From NCBI GenBank assembly GCA_026390575.1, contig JAPLFR010000010.1, forward strand, positions 10,146-74,145: a stretch of 64,000 nucleotides of DNA, read 5' to 3'. This document shows, piece after piece, positions 47,709 to 57,271 of the stretch (positions are counted from its first letter, which is position 1; each line of letters starts with the position of its first letter). The notes beneath the pieces were generated by a model that saw nothing but the letters and a program-made list of their open reading frames with translations, did no database searches and had not been told where the DNA came from. The translations under genes were made by a program, and so were the position numbers. The stretch comes from Ignavibacteriales bacterium. Its GTDB lineage: Bacteria; Bacteroidota; Ignavibacteria; UBA10030.

Positions 47709-49547
47709 ATGTGTGGTATTGTGGGATATGTCGGGAAAAAAAGTGCGCTTCCGATTATACTGGAAGGATTGAAGCGCATGGAATACCGAGGATATGATTC
47801 AGCGGGAATAGCACTCATTGACAAAGGAATGCTGCTCATTCAAAAACAAAAAGGGAAAGTTGATGACCTTGTACAGAAATTAAATAATGGTGTGCGATTG
47901 CCTGAGATGCATATCGGTATGGGACATACGCGTTGGGCTACTCACGGAGAACCCAATGATATCAATGCGCATCCACATACAGATTGCCGGCATGAAATTG
48001 CTGTAGTCCATAACGGTATTATAGAGAACTATCTTGCTCTTAAAACGAAACTACTTCAGAAAGGGCACCGTTTTGTAAGTGAAACGGATACTGAGATCGT
48101 TGCCCATTTAATTGAAGAGATATACAAATCGACCCCTAATCTCTTTGAGGCGGTTCGTTTAGCAATGAAAGAAGTAACTGGAACATACGGGCTTGTTGTT
48201 TTATCGTCTCGTGAACCGGATAGAATAGTCGCTGCGAGAATGGGGAGTCCGCTTATTCTCGGCATTGGAGATGGTGAAAACATCGTTGCTGCTGATGCCG
48301 CCGCCATTATAGAGCATACCCGGCAAGTTGTCTATCTCGGAGATGGTGAAGTTGCCGAATTGACAGCTGAAGGTGTGACAACGAAAACACTCAAAGATGT
48401 TGAAATCACGAAAGTGGTGGAAGAGCTCACATTTGATCTAGAAGAAATCGAAAAGGGTGGATTCACTCACTTCATGCTGAAAGAAATTCATGAACAGTCT
48501 GAGTCAATTCAGAATGCGATGCGCGGCAGATTGCTGGAAGAGGATGGCAATGTAAAACTTGGCGGGCTTGATGGAGTTATTGAAAAAATAGTACGCGCGC
48601 CGCGTTTAATTATTGCTGCGTGCGGCACATCGTGGCACGCTGCTCTCATCGGCGAATATATGCTTGAGCAGTATGCGCATATTCCCGTCGAAGTGGAATA
48701 CGCTTCTGAGTTTCGTTATCGAAATCCGGTTTTGAGAAACAATGATGTTGTGATTCTTATAAGTCAAAGCGGTGAGACAGCGGATACACTCGCGGCGTTG
48801 CGAGAAGCCAAAGCACAAGGAGCGACTGCCATTGGAATATGTAATGTGGTTGGGAGTTCTATTGCCCGTGAAAGTGATGGCGGCGTCTATATTCATGCCG
48901 GCCCTGAAATTGGTGTGGCATCGACAAAAGCCTTTACATCTCAATTGACCGTTTTGGCTCTTTTGACCATTCTGCTTGCACGGCGTATAGGAATGACGCG
49001 GGAGCAAGGCATAAAGCTCGTTCAAGAATTAAAATCACTGCCGGAAAAAGTGAAAACGATTCTTTCCGATACGAAACAGGTTGAATATATCGCAAGTGAA
49101 TTTATAGAAATGAAGAACTTTCTCTACCTGGGCAGGGGATATAATTTTCCAGTTGCGCTGGAAGGTGCGCTCAAATTAAAAGAAATCTCCTATATTCACG
49201 CAGAAGGATACCCGGCCGCAGAAATGAAGCACGGACCTATTGCGCTCATTGATGAGAAAATGCCGGTTGTGTTTATTGCGCCGCAGGACAGAACGTACGA
49301 AAAAGTTATGAGCAACATCCAGGAAGTAAAAGCACGGCGCGGGCGTGTCATTGCTATTGTGAATGAAGAAGAAAAAAACATTAAGCAGCTCGCTGATTAT
49401 TTGATCTGCGTTCCGCAAACACTTGATTTGTTCTCGCCGATTCTCTCCGTTATTCCGCTGCAATTACTGGCATATTATATTGCAGTGTCACGAGGCTGCA
49501 ATGTGGATCAGCCGCGGAACCTTGCGAAAAGCGTTACGGTAGAATGA
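47709..49547 (+). CDS. glmS: Glutamine--fructose-6-phosphate aminotransferase
   Basis: 612 aa with N-terminal MCGIVGY, two SIS domains and a C-terminal ..LAKSVTVE. Confidence 0.97.
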   Translation: MCGIVGYVGKKSALPIILEGLKRMEYRGYDSAGIALIDKGMLLIQKQKGKVDDLVQKLNNGVRLPEMHIGMGHTRWATHGEPNDINAHPHTDCRHEIAVVHNGIIENYLALKTKLLQKGHRFVSETDTEIVAHLIEEIYKSTPNLFEAVRLAMKEVTGTYGLVVLSSREPDRIVAARMGSPLILGIGDGENIVAADAAAIIEHTRQVVYLGDGEVAELTAEGVTTKTLKDVEITKVVEELTFDLEEIEKGGFTHFMLKEIHEQSESIQNAMRGRLLEEDGNVKLGGLDGVIEKIVRAPRLIIAACGTSWHAALIGEYMLEQYAHIPVEVEYASEFRYRNPVLRNNDVVILISQSGETADTLAALREAKAQGATAIGICNVVGSSIARESDGGVYIHAGPEIGVASTKAFTSQLTVLALLTILLARRIGMTREQGIKLVQELKSLPEKVKTILSDTKQVEYIASEFIEMKNFLYLGRGYNFPVALEGALKLKEISYIHAEGYPAAEMKHGPIALIDEKMPVVFIAPQDRTYEKVMSNIQEVKARRGRVIAIVNEEEKNIKQLADYLICVPQTLDLFSPILSVIPLQLLAYYIAVSRGCNVDQPRNLAKSVTVE

Positions 49548-49614
49548 AAAATTGTTTTTCCGGGAATTCTTTCTATCTTAAATGATGTTGTATCAAAGGA
49601 AAGTGTAAAACACT

Positions 49615-50460
49615 ATGAAGCAAGAGTCGAAATTCAAACCGAATGAATGGGCGCTTATCCTGGGTGCCTCCAGTGGATTTGGCGCAGCTACTGCACGTGA
49701 ACTGGCAGAGAATGGGATGAATATTTTTGGCGTGCATCTTGATCGTCAAGCAACGATGCCAAATGTTCAGAACCTCATCAAAGAAATCAAGCACACTGGT
49801 GTGAAAACGGTGTTTTATAATATCAATGCAGCAGACCAGATCAAGCAGGATGAAACGCTCGATGATATTCAGGAACAGTTTGCCCTCGGTTCGTCCGACA
49901 CGATAAAAGTGCTCCTGCATTCACTTGCATTCGGAACATTAAAACCATTCATAGCGAAGAAACCGGAAGACGCTTTAACTCCGGCACAAATGGAAATGAC
50001 GGTCAATGTGATGGCGCATAGTCTTGTGTATTGGGTACAGGGATTGATCTCGCGAAATCTCATGAAAAGCGGAGGACGTATTTTTGGAATGACAAGTTCA
50101 GGAGGACACATAGCGATGCCGTACTACGGTGCTGTATCGGCTGCAAAAGCGAGTTTGGAAGCACATCTCCGCCAGCTTGCGATGGAACTAGGGCCTATGG
50201 GTATTACAGCGAATGCTATCATGGCTGGAGTCACGGATACACCGGCCTTGCGTAAAATCCCGGGAAATGTAGGCATGCTTGAGGCGGCACGCGGGAAAAA
50301 TCCGGGAGGACGTCTCACAACACCGGAAGATATTGCAAAAGCGATTGTTCTGCTTTCCACTGACGAAGCACATTGGATATCCGGCAATGTCTTGGGCGTT
50401 GATGGAGGGGAAGATATTGCCGCTTTCGCCAGCATTCGAAATCATCACGATAATAAATAA
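49615..50460 (+). CDS. SDR-family oxidoreductase, enoyl-reductase-like (Y-x6-K)
   Basis: 281 aa with the nucleotide-binding GASSGFGAATA and YGAVSAAK (Tyr-x6-Lys spacing, as in FabI/FabL-type enoyl-ACP reductases). Confidence 0.7.
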   Translation: MKQESKFKPNEWALILGASSGFGAATARELAENGMNIFGVHLDRQATMPNVQNLIKEIKHTGVKTVFYNINAADQIKQDETLDDIQEQFALGSSDTIKVLLHSLAFGTLKPFIAKKPEDALTPAQMEMTVNVMAHSLVYWVQGLISRNLMKSGGRIFGMTSSGGHIAMPYYGAVSAAKASLEAHLRQLAMELGPMGITANAIMAGVTDTPALRKIPGNVGMLEAARGKNPGGRLTTPEDIAKAIVLLSTDEAHWISGNVLGVDGGEDIAAFASIRNHHDNK

Positions 50461-50493
50461 TCGTCTCTGCAATCAGAATAAAAGGAAATTGAT

Positions 50494-51636
50494 ATGTTTC
50501 AATTTGAATTTACGGAAGAACAAAAGATGCTTCGCGATATGGCGCGAGATTTTGTGAACACAGAGGTTAAGCCTCTCGCTCAGAAGATGGATGAAGAAGA
50601 AAAATTGTCTCCTGAATTAATCCGAAAAATAGCGGACATAGGTTTCCTTGGCGCGGCATTCCCTCAGGAATATGGCGGCGGCGGGTTCGGAGAAGTTGGT
50701 TATTGCGTTATGCAAGAAGAGATGGGTCGAGGTGATCTTGCAACCTCCACCTTTATTGGAGCCCATCAGTCCATTGGTGCGAATGCAATCTTTATTGGGG
50801 GCTCTGAGGAGTTAAAGAAGAAGTATCTCGTTCCGCTAGCTGAAGGGAAATATATTGGAGGATTTGCATTAACAGAAGCTTCAGCCGGTTCCGATTCATT
50901 TAATTTACGCACGAAAGCCCATCTTGATGGAAATGAATGGGTGATTAATGGTGAGAAGCTGTGGATCACGAATGGCGGGTTCGCGGATATCCTATCGGTT
51001 TTTGCTCGGACAGAACGCGGCATCAGCGCTTTTGTTGTTGAAACAAAAACTCCGGGATTTACTGCAGGTCCTAAAGAAAAGAAAATGGGTATTCGCGCCA
51101 GCATGACAAATGCGTTGACGTTTAATAATGTCCGAATCCCAAAAGATAACATCATTGGTGATGACGGACGTGGATTCCTCATTGCAATGAAAACATTAGA
51201 TGCCGGTCGTCTTGGTTTAGGGGCTGCATGTCTTGGTGCTATGAAAGAATTATTGGAAATGAGCACAAAATATGCAAAAGAGCGGAAGCAATTCGATGCA
51301 CCACTATCACAATTCCAGGCGATTCAATTTATGCTTGCAGATATAGCATTGACAATCTATGCTTTAGAATCAATGGTCTATCGTACAGCGCAAGAATATG
51401 ATGAAAAAAAATCGGTTTCTCGGCAGGCTGCGTATGTAAAGCTGTATGCATCAGAAAATCTCGTTAAGGTAGCCGATATGGCAGTGCAGATTCATGGCGG
51501 AATGGGGTACTCAAGAGAACTTCCCATCGAGCGTTACTACCGAGACGCTCGAATCAATCCGATATTTGAAGGTACAAGTGAAGTGCAAAGACTTGTGATA
51601 GCGCGAGATGTTCTCAAAAAGAACGGAAAGGTCTAA
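50494..51636 (+). CDS. Acyl-CoA dehydrogenase
   Basis: 380 aa with ALTEASAGSD, WITNG, the QFQAIQF.LADI region and the catalytic-base region YEGTSEVQ-like (FEGTSEVQRLVIA). Confidence 0.92.
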   Translation: MFQFEFTEEQKMLRDMARDFVNTEVKPLAQKMDEEEKLSPELIRKIADIGFLGAAFPQEYGGGGFGEVGYCVMQEEMGRGDLATSTFIGAHQSIGANAIFIGGSEELKKKYLVPLAEGKYIGGFALTEASAGSDSFNLRTKAHLDGNEWVINGEKLWITNGGFADILSVFARTERGISAFVVETKTPGFTAGPKEKKMGIRASMTNALTFNNVRIPKDNIIGDDGRGFLIAMKTLDAGRLGLGAACLGAMKELLEMSTKYAKERKQFDAPLSQFQAIQFMLADIALTIYALESMVYRTAQEYDEKKSVSRQAAYVKLYASENLVKVADMAVQIHGGMGYSRELPIERYYRDARINPIFEGTSEVQRLVIARDVLKKNGKV

Positions 51637-51815
51637 GAATCAATTCTTGACTTTCTGCAAAAAGTCTGGTAGTTTTAAATAAGATTTTGGTCCCGCTGAG
51701 GTCCGGCGGGATTTTTATTGAATCGATTGATAAAATTCGGACCCCGCACAAAGCGCGGGGTCCTGAAAATTTCAGAGACTTAACTTCGCATTGCTCGTTA
51801 AGTCACGAAATTTTC

Positions 51816-51888
51816 GGACAGGTAGCTCAGTTGGTAGAGCAATGGACTGAAAATCCATGTGTCGGGGGTTCAATTCCCTCCCTGTCCA
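51816..51888 (+). tRNA. tRNA-Phe(GAA): tRNA-Phe (anticodon GAA)
   Basis: GGACAGG-TA-GCTCAGTTGGTAGAGC-A-ATGGA-CTGAAAA-TCCAT-GTGTC-GGGGG-TTCAATT-CCCTC-CCTGTCC-A. Confidence 0.9.
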
Positions 51889-51932
51889 CTTCCCAAATTA
51901 CTAAACTTAGCGATCCCGCGAAGCGGAAGAAG

Positions 51933-52065
51933 CTAAGATTACTGTAATTTTGAGAATCCCGCAAAGGCGAAGTCGATGCGGGATAGCCAAAATCCTTCCT
52001 TGTGAATCAAGACAAAAACTAAGTTTACTGTAATTTTGAGAATCCCGCAAAGACGAAGTCGATGC
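51933..52065 (+). repeat. Two 47-bp direct repeats downstream of tRNA-Phe
   Basis: 51933-51979 and 52019-52065 are identical at 45 of 47 positions (CTAAG[A/T]TTACTGTAATTTTGAGAATCCCGCAAAG[G/A]CGAAGTCGATGC). Copy 1 completes the hairpin ATCCCGC..GCGGGAT; copy 2 does not. Confidence 0.8.
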
Positions 52066-52401
52066 CACTGTGGCTTTTTGTTTCATTGTTCGAAGTAGAG
52101 AGAGGATCAGAAAGTGGCGATAAGTACACCTTTTTTTTACTGCTTGAAATTCAAATAAATAAAGTGTAGGGTTCTGGTGGTCAAATTGAGAGGTGCTCGA
52201 CCGATGCACCATCGTTTACCGGGGAACACTTCGAAATTATTTCATATTACTGCAAACGAAAAAGAGGTAACCGCACTTCTTTACGTCAATTCCATTTCTT
52301 CGTAGAGCAGAACATAATTTGCATTTGCAGTAATTGTGTGATACTGGCAGCTGAACAGTCTTGTTTTCGAGTTCATTTCTTGAATTCCTCATACGGGGGT
52401 T

Positions 52402-52638
52402 ATGACTATGAAGTGTCCTCACTATTCAATTGAACTTCTAAACTCTGTAAAGTCCTGCAAAAAAATCTTTGTTCCGCCGTCAAGTATATCCTCATCCGAG
52501 ACTGACCAGGCCAGCTTTCTGCAGAAATCTATTCCTCCTGAGTTCACAAAGAATATCATTTTTTACTCGCTTGTTGTTGCATCAACATTCTTAGTAATGA
52601 ATAAAGATAATGATAGCATGGGACCAATATTCCAATGA
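52402..52638 (+). CDS. Hypothetical small protein (weak call)
   Basis: 78-aa ORF with one hydrophobic segment near the C-terminus. No motif and no clear RBS. Confidence 0.3.
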   Translation: MTMKCPHYSIELLNSVKSCKKIFVPPSSISSSETDQASFLQKSIPPEFTKNIIFYSLVVASTFLVMNKDNDSMGPIFQ

Positions 52639-52692
52639 TAAAGCGCTTCATGAATTAAATACTATCCTCCACACATCAAGGAGATTGCCATT

Positions 52693-53352
52693 ATGAATGC
52701 ATCACTCAAGTTGATTCTCTGTCTCCTCGCCGGTATTTTGTTGCCGCTTGCTGCTTTTTATTTGCTCGGCAGTGCAAATGATCACTGGGCATCCCTCAAT
52801 ATTGCGGGAGTTGTCTCATTGATATTCCTTGTTGTTCTTCTTGTCTATTTAATGCGGCCCCCTTTTTCCATCAAGACCCGCGTTGTAACCTGGATTGTAT
52901 TTGTCCTTGTCGTTGCTGTCAGTGCGATTGGGTGGAGAGGAATGGAAGATTTATCGAAGTACCAACGGAGAACCTTAATGGAAATACGTGGAGTCATTAC
53001 GCATGGTATCCTTCAAGTAGAACTCTACACTCCATTGCAAAAAACACTCGCTGTTTACTATGGACAACATGGGAAGAAAAAGGAGACGCTCGGGCAGGTA
53101 TTTCAGCGATTGTATCCTAACGGCAAGTTTGGCGAGAATATTCACGATGTTCACCAAGCAGATCCGAAGGGTGACGATAGTCTTCGCGTTGTCGTCACCA
53201 CTGTTTCCGATAATGAAGTTGGACTTGTTGGGTACCACTATTTTTCAAAAGGCAGAACTGAAGAATTTAAAAATTACAATGGACGCTTTGGTTTTGTGCA
53301 GGCCAAAGCAGTGTTGACGGAGAAAGGGGTGCGTTATGAATCAGAAAATTGA
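52693..53352 (+). CDS. Hypothetical membrane protein (3 TM plus ~120-aa soluble C-domain)
   Basis: Strong RBS AAGGAG 8 nt upstream, three N-terminal TM helices, and a 17-nt overlap with the next gene. Confidence 0.65.
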   Translation: MNASLKLILCLLAGILLPLAAFYLLGSANDHWASLNIAGVVSLIFLVVLLVYLMRPPFSIKTRVVTWIVFVLVVAVSAIGWRGMEDLSKYQRRTLMEIRGVITHGILQVELYTPLQKTLAVYYGQHGKKKETLGQVFQRLYPNGKFGENIHDVHQADPKGDDSLRVVVTTVSDNEVGLVGYHYFSKGRTEEFKNYNGRFGFVQAKAVLTEKGVRYESEN

Positions 53353-54118
53353 TCCGAACAATGCATCTCTCTCGGAGTTCTCTCCGGAATATTTACGATG
53401 GTTTTCTCTTACCACACTTGGTACATTATTAGTTGTTCTTGTGTCTAACTATGGTTATTACCCCTTTCCAGACACCCTCTTCCACACCATATTCCACCCG
53501 CCGGCAGTTCAGGCAAGTGGAGTAACAATCTCGATGGGGATGAGCGAGTTTTCAGGTCATACTCCATACACCAGCCCAAAAGAACTCTTTTCAATTATCA
53601 TCGCCCTTGTACTCTTGTATCTAATCGGACCAGTGCTTTGGTTGTACAGCTGGCGTGTGCTGAAACAGAAGGAGGTGGCGGGTACAACCATTACAAAAAT
53701 CTTCCACGTCTGGTCGCTTCTGTTCATCCTCGGTGGAGCTTTAACTTTTAGAACGGTAATTGGTGATCTGATATTGACCACGAGCAACCGAATAATCTCT
53801 GCATATTTGTATAAAGCTCAAGACGTGCAGAGAACCAAAGACCAACTCATAAGCAATCTTATTCAAGTTGCATTTGAAGCATCCGAATACCGGATCCTTC
53901 CGAAATCAATGAACGGCGGCAGTGGGTCATATGAAGGATTTTGCCTCTCTCCACAGCGCACAAAAAATGACCTTGGAGAATTCACCATTATTAATGTGCG
54001 GCCCCCAATGATCACATTTCTTGCTGTTTCCTCAAAGAATAATGTTAATACAGTTATGGTTACCGTCGATTCCATTGGACAAATGTGCCATTGGACTTTT
54101 TCGGGTGATTACAAATAA
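53336..54118 (+). CDS. Hypothetical membrane protein (3 TM plus ~110-aa soluble C-domain)
   Basis: RBS AAGGGG. It has the same architecture as the upstream gene. After the last TM, the stretch ISAYLYKAQDVQRTKDQLISNLIQVAFEASEYR is reminiscent of pilin-like helices. Confidence 0.65.
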   Translation: MNQKIDPNNASLSEFSPEYLRWFSLTTLGTLLVVLVSNYGYYPFPDTLFHTIFHPPAVQASGVTISMGMSEFSGHTPYTSPKELFSIIIALVLLYLIGPVLWLYSWRVLKQKEVAGTTITKIFHVWSLLFILGGALTFRTVIGDLILTTSNRIISAYLYKAQDVQRTKDQLISNLIQVAFEASEYRILPKSMNGGSGSYEGFCLSPQRTKNDLGEFTIINVRPPMITFLAVSSKNNVNTVMVTVDSIGQMCHWTFSGDYK

Positions 54119-54141
54119 TTATTTGAACTATGGAGAATTCT

Positions 54142-54561
54142 ATGAACGAAGAACGAACATCAATTAAAATAAGCCGCATTGTAAATTGGCAATGGGTTTG
54201 GGTTGGATTTTGTTTACTTGTGACATTCCATCTCATTCCGACAGCTATTATCTTACGTTTATTTGATTATTGGAAAGGATTCAATATTCTACTGCCGCTC
54301 TGGATCTTTTTTGGATTGGTGCAAACGAGTATGTATATCGGTTACCGGTCGAGAGGTGTCACTATTCTTGAACCGCTGATCTCCTCTATAGCCTATCTAT
54401 TTATTCTCGGTCTGGCTATGAATGCTCATTTTCAAATCTTTAGTTATAAAAAAGATATTTTCATAATGTTGACTTGGATGGTGGCGGGATTATTCTGCTC
54501 GGTCCTCGGTGCCTGGATTGGCGAAATGATACAATTGAAGAAGGAACAACATATTGGATAA
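54142..54561 (+). CDS. Hypothetical 4-TM membrane protein
   Basis: About 139 aa from the ATG at 54142, which has GGAG 7 nt upstream. The track start is 54130. It has four hydrophobic helices. Confidence 0.6.
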   Translation: MNEERTSIKISRIVNWQWVWVGFCLLVTFHLIPTAIILRLFDYWKGFNILLPLWIFFGLVQTSMYIGYRSRGVTILEPLISSIAYLFILGLAMNAHFQIFSYKKDIFIMLTWMVAGLFCSVLGAWIGEMIQLKKEQHIG

Positions 54562-54723
54562 TTTTCGATATCGATAAGAGCGATAAGAAAATCATACAAC
54601 AAAGTAATTGAAGCGGGCATAATCAAGAATACAATTTATCCGGTTTTTTATTCGCTGTTATTTAGGTTTTATGGTCGTCCTATGTAGCTATAAACACGAG
54701 GGGAACAAAGAGGAGAATAGAAC

Positions 54724-56019
54724 ATGGCTCCGCCAAAGAAAAAAGCTGACGCAAAGCGATTGTATATCCGGAAGCTGGAATCGCTCATCGATGCAGCGAA
54801 ACAACTCAACACCACATTTGATCTGGATAAACTTCTCTCCATTATTCTCGACCATGCCACGAAGAATCTTAATGCGGCACGAGGAACGATCTATCTCATC
54901 GACGAACGATCCCAGGAACTCTGGTCAAAAGTGGTAAAAGGGACTGGACTGGTCGAAATCAGATTGCCGATCGGGACCGGCATTTCTGGAACGGTTGCTG
55001 AGACAGGGAAAACAATCAACCTGAAAGCTGTAAGCAAAGATAAACGATTCTATTCGGCTATTGATAAAAAATCTGGTTTTCATACAAGAACGATGCTGTG
55101 CAGGCCAATGAGAGATAGAAACGGAGTCATTATTGGGGTCTTCCAGATCATCAACAAAAAACGCGGCGTGTTTAACCGGAACGATGAATTATTCCTGGAT
55201 GCATTTTCTGAGCATGCTTCACTCGCAATAGAAAATGCGAGACTCTATCAGGCGGATCTTGAACATGCACGAGTGGATAAAGAAATTCAGATCGCCGCTG
55301 AAATGCAGCAGCAGCTTTTTCCAAAAGAAAAAATTCAAATTCCATCATATGAACTCTCCGCAATGGTCCAACCGTGTGCGGCAATCGGTGGTGATTCGTA
55401 CGACATCATTCCACTTAAGGATGGAAAATATGCTATCACCATGGCTGACGTCTGCGGAAAAGGAATTCCAGCAGCTCTTTTAGTATCGACGTTGCATGCC
55501 TTATTGCGAGTGTTCCTTCAGTATCCAATAGAATTGCTCGAGCTTGTGAGGAAATTGAATACTCTTGTTTACAATAATAGTCCAGCAGAACGCTTCATCA
55601 CTTTTTTTATCATGATTTTTGATCCGGTTCATCATACGTTCACCTATGTGAATGCCGGCCATAACCCGCCATTTCTTTTCCGAAAAAACAGAAACGAGAT
55701 CAACGAACTTATGGCAAGCGGGTTACCTCTGGGAATGGTGGAAGAACAGCAGTTTGAGACACATCTAATAGAACTGCACCAAGGCGATACGTTGGTTGTG
55801 TATACTGATGGAGTGACAGAGGCGGCAAATAGAACGCTTCAACAATATAGTGAAGAGAAATTGCGAGAATGTGTTCTCAAAAACATAGACACAACTGCTG
55901 AAACGATAAAAGAATGTATCGTAAGAGATGTCCGAGGATTTGTAGGAAATAATCCGATGTCCGATGATTTGACGTTATTGGTACTGAAGAGAGACCTCGA
56001 GACATCCGCCACAAGATAA
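54724..56019 (+). CDS. GAF and PP2C/SpoIIE serine phosphatase (third in window)
   Basis: 431 aa with a GAF N-half, then GGDSYDI..MADVCGKGIPAALLVS..TDGVTEA..DDLTLLVL. Confidence 0.85.
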   Translation: MAPPKKKADAKRLYIRKLESLIDAAKQLNTTFDLDKLLSIILDHATKNLNAARGTIYLIDERSQELWSKVVKGTGLVEIRLPIGTGISGTVAETGKTINLKAVSKDKRFYSAIDKKSGFHTRTMLCRPMRDRNGVIIGVFQIINKKRGVFNRNDELFLDAFSEHASLAIENARLYQADLEHARVDKEIQIAAEMQQQLFPKEKIQIPSYELSAMVQPCAAIGGDSYDIIPLKDGKYAITMADVCGKGIPAALLVSTLHALLRVFLQYPIELLELVRKLNTLVYNNSPAERFITFFIMIFDPVHHTFTYVNAGHNPPFLFRKNRNEINELMASGLPLGMVEEQQFETHLIELHQGDTLVVYTDGVTEAANRTLQQYSEEKLRECVLKNIDTTAETIKECIVRDVRGFVGNNPMSDDLTLLVLKRDLETSATR

Positions 56020-56055
56020 CGCAAAGCGTGCAAGCCGGTGTAGATTTATCACCTC

Positions 56056-56188
56056 GTTCCCAACATCTTGTTGGGAACGGAAGATGGCGAAGCTCAGCTT
56101 CGAATTATAGAATATGTTGAGAGAGAATGCTAAAGTATAATGGAAGCAGAGCTTCCACCATCAACGCTTCCAAGCAGAGCTTGGAAGC
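56056..56188. repeat. Cluster of four short perfect palindromes
   Basis: GTTCCCAAC-ATCTT-GTTGGGAAC (56056-56078), CGAAGCT-C-AGCTTCG (56088-56102), GGAAGC-AGA-GCTTCC (56142-56156) and GCTTCCAAGC-AGA-GCTTGGAAGC (56166-56188). Confidence 0.75.
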
Positions 56189-56452
56189 GAGAATATCCTC
56201 CCAAAAATCCTTATAGTACACAATCGAGAGATAAACTTGTGTTGCGTATCACTTGATAGTCTTGTGCTTTCTCACTACAATTACCACTAGAAAAGAAGGC
56301 AAATCCGAACTCGGGATTCCATTTACTACACACAGACTGCTTTTTCTTTTCTTGACTTTACCATCATAAACCTTGATTCATCTCGCTCACCGAAGTAGAG
56401 GTGTGTTGTACGGTACTGATGTGGGTGAGAGTGTAAAGACTTGGAGGTTGTC

Positions 56453-57151
56453 ATGCATCTCTATCACAATGGGCGCAATGGGAATACCACATTAATTCTT
56501 CTGGCATTATTTCTTAATGCTGTCATATCATTTAGTTTAATCGGTCAGCAGAAAAAAGCTGCGCCTCAAAAGCTCAATATCGCTGTCATGGACTTTGATG
56601 CCCGCGAAGGACTTTCACGCGGTGAAGCGGCATCATTATCTGACTTGTTCAGCTCGCAGATGGTAGAAACAGGAGAATTTACTGTTATTGATCGGAACCG
56701 GATCAAGACGATTCTTCAGGAACAGGGATTCCAGCAGAGCGAAGCGTGTTCACAAGTAGAGTGTATTGTAGAGGCAGGAAAAATACTGAAAGTACAGAAG
56801 ATGTTTGCCGGCACGATCGGTAAGATCGGAAAGATCTTTAGTGTCAATATCCAGATGCTGGATATTGCTACATCGCAGATCGAGATTAACAAAAGCCAGC
56901 AATATAGCGGTGACATCGAAGGACTGGCTGAAGAAGTGATACCGGAGATTGCCCAACAGATGGCGGAAGAAGTCTCGGGAAAACAGATAGTAAAAGCTGG
57001 TGTGGGAAAAACAAGTTCATCAAAATGGTTGTGGTATATTGGTGGAGCAGTGGTGGTAGCAGGAGGGGCAGCGGCTTATTATTTCTTAAAACCACAGGAG
57101 ACGACGCCGACAGTTGAGGAGAAATTACCAGGGCCGCCGACATTGCCATGA
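56453..57151 (+). CDS. CsgG/LpoB-like periplasmic-domain protein with C-terminal TM anchor
   Basis: The pattern LNIAVMDFDAREGLSRGEAASLSDLFSSQMVETGEFTVIDRNRIKTILQEQ...AGKILKVQKMFAGTIGK is typical of the CsgG-like fold. There is a C-terminal helix WLWYIGGAVVVAGGAAAYYFL. The ATG at 56453 has a GGAGG RBS. Confidence 0.6.
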   Translation: MHLYHNGRNGNTTLILLALFLNAVISFSLIGQQKKAAPQKLNIAVMDFDAREGLSRGEAASLSDLFSSQMVETGEFTVIDRNRIKTILQEQGFQQSEACSQVECIVEAGKILKVQKMFAGTIGKIGKIFSVNIQMLDIATSQIEINKSQQYSGDIEGLAEEVIPEIAQQMAEEVSGKQIVKAGVGKTSSSKWLWYIGGAVVVAGGAAAYYFLKPQETTPTVEEKLPGPPTLP

Positions 57152-57157
57152 TTGGAT

Positions 57158-57207
57158 AGATTCCCGATATCTTCCCTACGTTTGGCTAAGTGAGATATCG
57201 GGAATCT
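57158..57207 (+). terminator. 15-bp perfect inverted repeat (terminator or operator candidate)
   Basis: AGATTCCCGATATCT (57158-57172) / AGATATCGGGAATCT (57193-57207) with a 20-nt loop, 7 nt after the upstream stop. No U-run follows. Confidence 0.45.
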
Positions 57208-57271
57208 GACTGTCTTACAGATAATATAATTAGTTATCATCAGGTCTTGCAGAAATATGGATGGGGCGATT

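Noticed and set aside
51933-52065. Possible mini-CRISPR array (two 47-bp repeats with a 39-bp spacer)
   Set aside because: There are only two copies, the repeat contains a hairpin of the genome's REP-like family, a related copy lies beside another tRNA, and no cas genes are in the window.
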